A program made the position numbers and the translations under genes. 64,000 bases of DNA from positions 31,062,001 through 31,126,000 of the forward strand of contig OZ241834.1 in the NCBI GenBank assembly GCA_965202585.1. The letters are read 5' to 3'. Below, piece by piece: positions 52,601 through 61,600 of the stretch. Each line of letters begins with the position of its first letter. The first letter of the stretch is position 1. Under the pieces are notes generated by a model. It was not told the origin of the DNA. It saw nothing but the letters and a program-made list of their open reading frames with translations, and did not search any database. This stretch comes from Thalia democratica (taxonomy: Eukaryota).

Positions 52601-55600
52601 GTCATCGACATGCGGCTGTCGTCGTCGGTTGCCTGGTAACGGAGGTTTAGTGGGGGGTTGGGCGCCTTCACGACGGACCTGACGGGCACCGCCTCGCTCA
52701 TGACATAATCAGAAGATCCTGATTGGTTGAACGCGCTCAAGCGGAACTCGTAGGTCCTACCTTCCTTCAGCGACTTGGCCGTGTAGCGCAAAATTTTGAT
52801 GTTCTGTTGATTGATCAATTTAAATTTATATTTGAACTATTAAAAAACAAGTTTATTTGTAAAAAAAATTGTTTTTATTTGTTAAAAATGTTCTTTTTTA
52901 TAATAACAATTTTATAATCTTTAAAGATAAAACAAAAATTTCAAAACAATGTGTTTTAAATGGAAACTCGCCTTGCTGCATGTCTTCCACGACTTCTTCC
53001 CGTGTTCCCGCTTCTCAACCACGTATCCTTCCACCAGCGCGTTCTCACCACTGGAGGGAGTTTCCCCCCACATCAGCGTCACCGACGACTTGGTCGTCTT
53101 GACGACGATGAAGTTGACGGGGGGCGACGGTGACTGGATAAGCGGCTTGCACGTGACTGTTTCGCTGACGTCACTGGCAGGGGAATCCCCCGCCTCGTTT
53201 GTTGCAACTATTCTGTATGTTAATAAATTATGAAGATTAGTGTCATGTTGTAGATATAGAACTAAAACTTATTTCAAGTTTATTTTTACTAAGAAACGCG
53301 TTTCGTTGCATTTTAAGAAATTAAATGGAGTTTTATAAGGCTTCTAATAATGTTTGATTGTTTTAAAAATAATTTAAGGTTAACACACTTAATTTTAAAT
53401 AGTTTTTTGTAATAAAAAATTGCTCACCTGAACTGGTACTGCCTTTTGACGGGAATGAGACTGTCGACGACTTGCTCGCACCCGCAAACGTCCGACTTGC
53501 ACGTTGAAAACTTCTTCTTCCAATCAGAACTAGTTGCTGACTTGTGCCGCATCTCTACCTTGTACTTCACCTGCTGGTCAGCTGACTGCTTCCAAGTTAG
53601 ACGCACAGACGTGTTTGCAATCTGTTTATTGGTTGTTTTTGTTTATACAAAAGCTTAAGCGTTTAAACATTTGTAAAGCTTAAGCTCATTTTTTATAAAA
53701 GTAGATGTTTTTTTCTACAGTTTTAGAAACTTCTTAGTTATTTGTGTCATTTTTTTCGAATTTAAATGTATTGCTTGATTGTTAGAACACTGACATTAGT
53801 AATTTTAGGTGTGTCCGGTTTTTCCGGAATTTCGACGGGGTCCTTGGTTGTGTATCCGTCGCTTGGATCACTCGGCTCGCTTGTTCCAGTTTCGTTCTCG
53901 CTGGAAACTCTGCACAAAAATACAATTAACATAACGAAACAAAATATTAAAAACTTTCAAACTATTTTTTGTTAAATCTGAGGTTTACCTCTACCTCCTG
54001 AAGCTGTAACAAAAAAAAGCATAATAATTACTGTAAAAGTTATTATTATGTTGTTGAACTTTAGTCCATTGAAAGACAGATATTTTTTCAAATCACCTGA
54101 AACAGTAACTTTTGCCTTCTTGGAGATCGGTCGCCACGTACATGAGCTGATGCGGGCCGACTTGAGCCAGGCCCTTCCAACTCTTCCTCTTCTCCTTCAC
54201 TTCCACTTTGTAGCAGATTATGGGGAGGCCCCCGGTGTCCAGCGGCTTGTTCCACTTCACCCTGATCTCGCGCTTGCTCATGACGTCACAGCGGGGCTTG
54301 GACGGCGGCATGGGCCGGCTGAACGGGTTCTCGACGATGATTGGTTCGCTGGACGCCCACGGGCCTGAACCCAACTCGTTGTTTGCTTGAACCTGAGAGT
54401 TTTTTTTTTAAGTAATTATGTTTTTGTTTATTATCGAAATAGCTGAACTGTAGCTATGTTATTTTTTATAGTAGAGGCTGAAAAGCATAAGGTAAATGAA
54501 AAATAAATTTTAGAAATTGGTATAAAAACTTTCTAAAGCTATCAAAAAAAATTAAAAAAGATGATAACTTTAAAAGCAAAGTAAAATAAATAAACTCTTT
54601 CGTAAGCTACTTTAAAAAAAATCGATATTATTTTTAATAACTTTCATAGAAACAAAACGCCAACCTGTATCTGGTACGTTTCTCCTTCCGAGAGGCCGGT
54701 CACCTTGTACCACAGCTGGTCGGCCGATATGGACTCGAAGCTGGTCGTCTCCCACTCGACCCGGCCCTGGTTGCCCCTGCCGACCAACGCCGTCTCCTTC
54801 TTCACTCTGACGTCGTAGCTGCGGAGGGGAAGTCCCCCCGTGTCCGGCTGCGACCACGAAACGACGCACGACGAGTCGCTGACGTCACTGACATCTGTGT
54901 GCGACGTAATAATGACAAACCGATTAGCACTTAAGTTAATTGAAAGTTGTTTTTTCAGTAAACTACTTTAAGAATACACAAAGTTTCTCAAATGTTAATG
55001 TTTCAACTAGATTTATTGATATAGCAATTAATATTTAAACAGATTCAGTAAATATTTTGAAAAATTTTAGGCAAAACTTAAACTTTTTAACTAAACACTT
55101 AAATAAAAAGACTGATTTGAATAAAAATTAATAATTTTATGACTAGTACTATGGTTTAATCAGAATCAAGATTAACTTGAAATTAAAAAAACATGTACAT
55201 AAATAACTTTTCGTTATTATAACATACAATCAAATATAATAGGCTTACAACTAAACAGAATTAAAGTTTTCTTTAATAACAAAACTGTCTATCTATTATT
55301 TAACATTGAGATCAAAGTTAAAATTAATTAATTACTTATATTGTCCGGTCTGGCCGGTTTGTCGAATACGTTGACGAAGCAATTAGCCGTGGCCACACCG
55401 AATTCGTTTTCAGCTTTTATTTGGTAATTGCCAAACCTACTTCTTCTAATCTGTTTAATCAAAATAGAGCTTTAAGTTTTATTCAAGTCCAGTGTAGACG
55501 TTTTGGATATTGAGTTATCAACGTTTCAAATGTCTGATTAATTTTAATGTAAAATGGAAAATATACTATTTTTAACATACTTTCAAGTAAATTTTTGTAA

Positions 55601-58600
55601 CTGTAAACAATCTTACTTCTATATTTCAAAATAAAATTAGCCGAACAATTTTCTAGTTCAAAACAACAAAGATTAAACACGTTAGATTGTAGTCTACAGA
55701 GACAAAGTAAACGCATCAAAGTAAAAAAATATACAGGTTATAGCGAGCAATTATCAGAAATATAAGCATTATTAAACTAACAGAGCTTTGACAAAAGATC
55801 AAATCTTTAGATAAAGTGCATTGAGTTAAACTTGTGACTTTTATGTGACAACCAGCCAACTTACGTGCTTGATGTGCAAATCGAAACTTCTTTCTTCCAA
55901 ATCTTCAACAAAGTCGTACTTCAAAGATGTATCCCGCAGTTCGACCGAGTTCAACGACCACGTGACTTCGGGAAGCGGGTCGCCTGTGACGCAAGTTTCT
56001 ATTATGACGTCATCACCGCTGTTCGCCTCAATTCCTCCTTCTTGCAAGTTTCCCCCGCGAAATGTTATTCGTGGTCCGTCTGACCAAACAAGTATAAAGA
56101 TGATATTTACAAACTTTTCTAGTAAGTTAAAACTAAAAAGGCTGTAATTAAATTTTGAAACAAGTTTATTAATGAACAAATTTCAGAAGTAATAAACTAT
56201 TGATTGTTTTAAATAAAAGTTTTTTTTATAAAACTACCTTTGTTGTTTCTCGTCACAATGAGGTCGCTGCTTCGACTCGGTTGACTGAGTCCCACCGAGT
56301 TGAGCGCCCTCACGCGGAACTTGTACTGTTTGTTGGTGAGGAGATCCTCTGCGGTGTAGCTGGTCGCTTGGTGGGGTAAGACGTTGCACGGAGCGTATTT
56401 GGCCTCCGAGTGTTCGTCGATGCTTTTGCACAGCATCTGCTCGATCATGTATCCTGCGAAAAAACGTTGCTTCAGAGCCAGTATAAGACAATGCATGGAT
56501 TATAATTAATAGCAAAGTGGAATCATGATCTTTCATTTCATTTGTACGATAGCAGTTTAAACTTTTTAAGGCTTGTTATCTTATAATATTTTACAGTTTC
56601 CAACTTTAAAACTTTACAAAATGTTAACAATCTTATGTTTTTTTTGTACTAACTTACTACTGTGAAAACATTAACCTGTTACTTTAAGCGTAGTTTTTTT
56701 AAGTAATGTCATAGTTAAACTCGTTTAAAAAAAAGAGTCATGTTGCTTTTAATGCTAAACAATGAAACCTTTTACGTGCAAACCTGTGATTGGAGCACCG
56801 CCGTCCGAACCAGGCGTCAACCACGACAACTGAACCGAAACGTCGGTCACGTTGCTATGCGACAGTGACGTGGGTGGAGAGGGCACGGTGGCTCGTTTCC
56901 TGGCAACCACCGAGTGATCGAGCTCCACGGGAACACCGGCTCCTGATTGGTTGAAGCAAGTGACGCGGAACCGGTAAGTTTCTCCTTCCTGCATGCTGGT
57001 CACGTGACAGAAATTTTTGTTGGATTTTACGCGATCCACCTTTGAAGTTGTGTTGATCAAAAAAACTAAGCAGCATAAAATAAGAGAGGCTGATAAAATT
57101 TAAGTACTTACATAAATAAAAGCTTTTTATAATAATAAGATAAACGCATGAGGTTGTTTTTTTTTTTGCACACAGTATATGAACAACGAACTTTTCAAAC
57201 AGTAAGCTTTTTAAACTAAGTATTGTTGGAGTTGTTTTTAGATTCAGTTTTCTAAACATTAAAAAAAAAATCTATTTTTAGAATAAATGTAGAAAGTATT
57301 AAGTTGTGTTAAATTTTAACTTCAGAATTAAAACAAAAATTTTATAAAATGCATATTTATTGATAGAAAAATTGTCTAACAATTATTTAATATTAATATT
57401 TGTGCATTAAAGCTTTTTAAAACCCTTTTAATAAGTTTTTCATGTGACTTTTTTTAACTTGATTTGGAATTAGAAACAATGATAATTTAAGCTAAACAAC
57501 AACAACTAATTAACTCACTTTTAAATCACAAATTAATTAAATTGTGTAAATATTAAAATGTACATTAAACAAAAAATAATTCTTAAACTTTAAAATAAAA
57601 ACGAAATGACAAAGTATACTTTTGTTATAATTCAAGGTAAAATTATTTATTTGAATAAAAAAAGAAATTGTTTAAAAAAAAAAATGAATACAACTAGTTT
57701 TTAGTTTTAGTACCTGCGTTAAAAAATCCTAAATACTAGAAGGTTTATTTTATATATAACTAACTGCCTAAAGTAATTATTGAGCTTTCAATATTATATA
57801 TCTTTGAAAATCTGCTCAAAATCTTTGATGATTTCAAACAAAAAACCTCTAACTAAAAGTGTGTAAAAAAAGATATTTCTATGACCAGGAACACATTTTC
57901 GTTTGCTTTAATTGCAATTTTCCGAACGTAAATGGTCTAATAAACATATGCGGTCAACAGCAGCAGCAATAAAAACGAAAGAGACAAAAAAAGTAAAAAA
58001 AAGTTTTACCTCGATCCAGCCGTCGCCCGCTTGGAACTCCACCGAGTATCCGTCTATGACGTCACAGTCGTCGATCAAAGGCCGCTTCCACGCGAGCTTG
58101 CAGCTGGTGGCGGTGACGTCATCCGCCGTTACGTCACTGACGACGCTTGAGGGCGCGCCTGAGAGCGAAAATAGGTCAAGTTCAAAAATTTTGTTGTGAC
58201 TTTGATAGTTTGTTTTATATTAGTAGCACATATATTTCAAGTTGTTTTGACTTTTATTGTGCAAGTTGTTCATTTTACATGTTTTTTTTACGTACAAAAA
58301 CCTTTAAGAAAAAGTTTTGCTGAATGTTTTATGAAAACAAAAAGCAAAGTAAAATACATTGAAACAATAATGCTCTACCAGTATAGAAAAAATATAAATA
58401 CAAAAAAAGATCTCTAATCAAGATAGTATAAACACTTTGTGTAAAAAAACTAACACAAAATGCTGACGTCGAAAGAGCAGGAGCTCTGTCCGATTTGGTT
58501 TTTCGCCACCAGCCGGTAGGTTCCTTCGTGTTCGCTTTTCTTGCAGCCCTCCACCACCAGCGTGACGAGGTCGTCTGTGACGTAACAGTTGACGTTTTTG

Positions 58601-61600
58601 CTCGTGACGACCTTCTTCTGATCGAGCGACCAATCGGCGGTGAAGCGGGGGACGGCGAAAACGCTCGCCTGAAGAGTGATGACGTCACCTTCGATGAACG
58701 AATATTTTCCGTCTTGTTTGTTTATCCGCGGCGAGCCTGTTTCGTAGTATGGTTACATTATTATATTCTTTAAGTTTTTTTAGATCAATTTTAATTTTTT
58801 TTTCCTTCATAACAGTTTTAGATTTTAGCTGTATAGTTTTAATAAAAACACGTGTTTATGGAAAGTAAAAAAGAGTTTTGACTTTTTTATTTATTTTTAA
58901 CTTGGTTATTGACGGTTACTATTTTTGAACAAAAATGTTGGTTATCAATACAAGTTGTATTACTCAATACAACTTAAATTATTTAATGTTTTGAAATTTA
59001 GAATGTTATGGTTAAAGTAAATGTTTTTAAAAAAAACAAATCATTATTTTTTAATTTACACATAAACGTGTTCTGTTTATAGAAATTAAGTCAAATAGTT
59101 AGATATAGATCAAACTAACCACATTATTTTCTTAGAGCTTAAGTAACTTAGTTTAATTGTGCTAATCTGTTTGTTAACCTCTTAAGCAGTAACAACAACA
59201 TCGCTACCACATACATCTATGTTATTTATTTTAAAGCTAATGTTTAATGTCCTTAGTTTCATATCTAGTTTTTAAGCGCTGTTTTAATAGATTTTTGTAC
59301 AAACATTATCTTTTAATTTTATTTGTAACACTAGTTGTTTTATTTATATAAATCAGATTTGAAAAATACCTTAATGTTAATTCTACGTACTATCACAGTC
59401 ATATTAATTCCAGCAAAGCTGTTTACAAGTGTGTTAAACTTACACTTGGTGGTTATTTGATTGCTGGGTTCGGAAGGTTCACTATCACCGCTCGTGTTGT
59501 TCGTAATTACCCGGTAAATGTATTTACTCCCTTCCTCTGTGTTTTTGTCAGTGTACTTTCCGATGAAAACGTCTCTCATCTGGTTTAAGTTTTCTTGGCA
59601 CAGCTGAAGGAAAAGTTTGATTACTAAAATTAAATAAAATTAATTCAAGCTAATATTCTTCTTTCAAAATCATTTTGTTTAAAGCCTATCAATGTAGTTT
59701 TTTTTTTAAAGACTTTGTTGCTTTACACATAAAAAGGTGGTTAACAAAATGTTTTATCCGCTATAGTTGTTAGTATAAGTTAGCATAAAGAATTTAAAAA
59801 GTTATTTACTAACAAAAATTACTGATTCATAAAAAACTACGAAAAGCTAAAACGTTATTTAGATAAAACATATTTATTCTTTAAGCATTGAAAAGTCGTA
59901 ATGTAGATTTTTAAAGTAAAAACAAAAATTAAAAGATACCTTGATGCGGTCCAGTCTGATCCACTCATCATCTTCGTCTTTTCTCCTCTCTATGTTGAAA
60001 TAACTGATCTCTTCGTCTTCGTGCAACCACTTGACTTGCACAAACGAACTGACCGGATCGTTTTCGCAGGCCACGTCGAACGGTGTTGAAGGTTTACCTG
60101 GATATTCGTAATGTTAAACTTTACTGGATAAATTATGAGTTTAGAGTAGTTATAGTTTGTCAAAAGTCTTTGAAGGTTTTAAAAAGTTTTGAAAATAATG
60201 CCAAGTTGTATACTCGTTATTAGAACAAATGAATAAAGACTCTCAGTTTGTTTTTTGGGTAAACATACAAATTTAAATCAGTTAACAAAAAAGGTAGGCG
60301 CAGTTATGTTTCAAAAATGTAAGTGTTAACAAAAGAAACTAATATATCTCACTTATTGGATCGGAAACTTTTATCAACGGGATAGTTGCTTCTGCTCCGA
60401 GACCTTCGGAGTTTTCTGCTTGTACTTTGAACTCGTATGATACTGAGTTTTTTATGCGGGGAGACCTGATTACGTAGCTTGTTGTTTTCGCATCTACGTG
60501 GTTTACCTTTTTCCATCTAAAAATTCAAAGTGAATAAATCTTTTTGTCAATTTTATGTATTTTAAGATCCTTCAAAACTTATGCAAAAACGTTTAGATTA
60601 ATTATGGATACTTTTTGATATAAATATTAACTTTTGACAAAAGTTGACAGATTTAGTATTTTGGTTGGCATTATCTCATAATGCATACAAATAAGTTTAA
60701 CTTATAACTTTGTAAAACATGCAATCATTTCTAAATTCAACTTAACTTGCTTAAAAAAAAACAAATAACTTACTTTTTGTCTCCCTGTTTTCTAAACTCG
60801 AGCAAGTACCCTTTGATTGGTGAACCCCCATCGAAATTTGGTCTGGTCCAGCTGAAAGCTACCTTGTCTTTTTTGACTTCAACCACTTTGAAGTTTTGCG
60901 GTAGTAATGGTGTCTCTGAAATAAACAGTTAATACAAAAAAGGAAAGTAATTTGAATATTTCGAACAAACCGATATTTGTCTTTGTGGTGATAAAGTCGC
61001 TGGTTTGAGCCCAAGGGGACTTCCCTACTTCGTTGAAACTCGCCACCCGAAACATAAATTTCTGGCCTTCAACCAAATGCTCGATCTGGTTTATTTATTA
61101 TTTAAGGAAGTTGCACTATAAATTTTTTTTTAATTTAATTATGAGTTGTGTATGTCAGTCTACAAATTTTTTCAAAGTGAAAATTAGTTATTTAGCAAAA
61201 AAGTAGTGGTTTATGATGTTATATAAAATAATGTGTTTCTAGACTTATGTTTTTGATTTTTCATATCATTTTTATAAGCTATAAAGACAATAGTAGTGAC
61301 TCACAATAGATTATTTTTAATAAATACATGCAAAAGTATCAAAAAATTATTCATTTCATATCCATGGATCAACTTAAAAAAGGTTTTTCAAAAAGATTAA
61401 AAACCACTGAATTAGGCAACAATTAAAGACAATTAAATTTAATAAAGCTAACAATTAAAGTTTTTCTTTTCAAAGCTGCCAACAATACGCTCGGTTTAAA
61501 TTAATCAATATTCACAAGGATTATCTTTCAAGTACAAACAAACCACAATTACTAAACACCCACGTAAATGTATGATGAAATACTGCAACTTTAAAAAATT

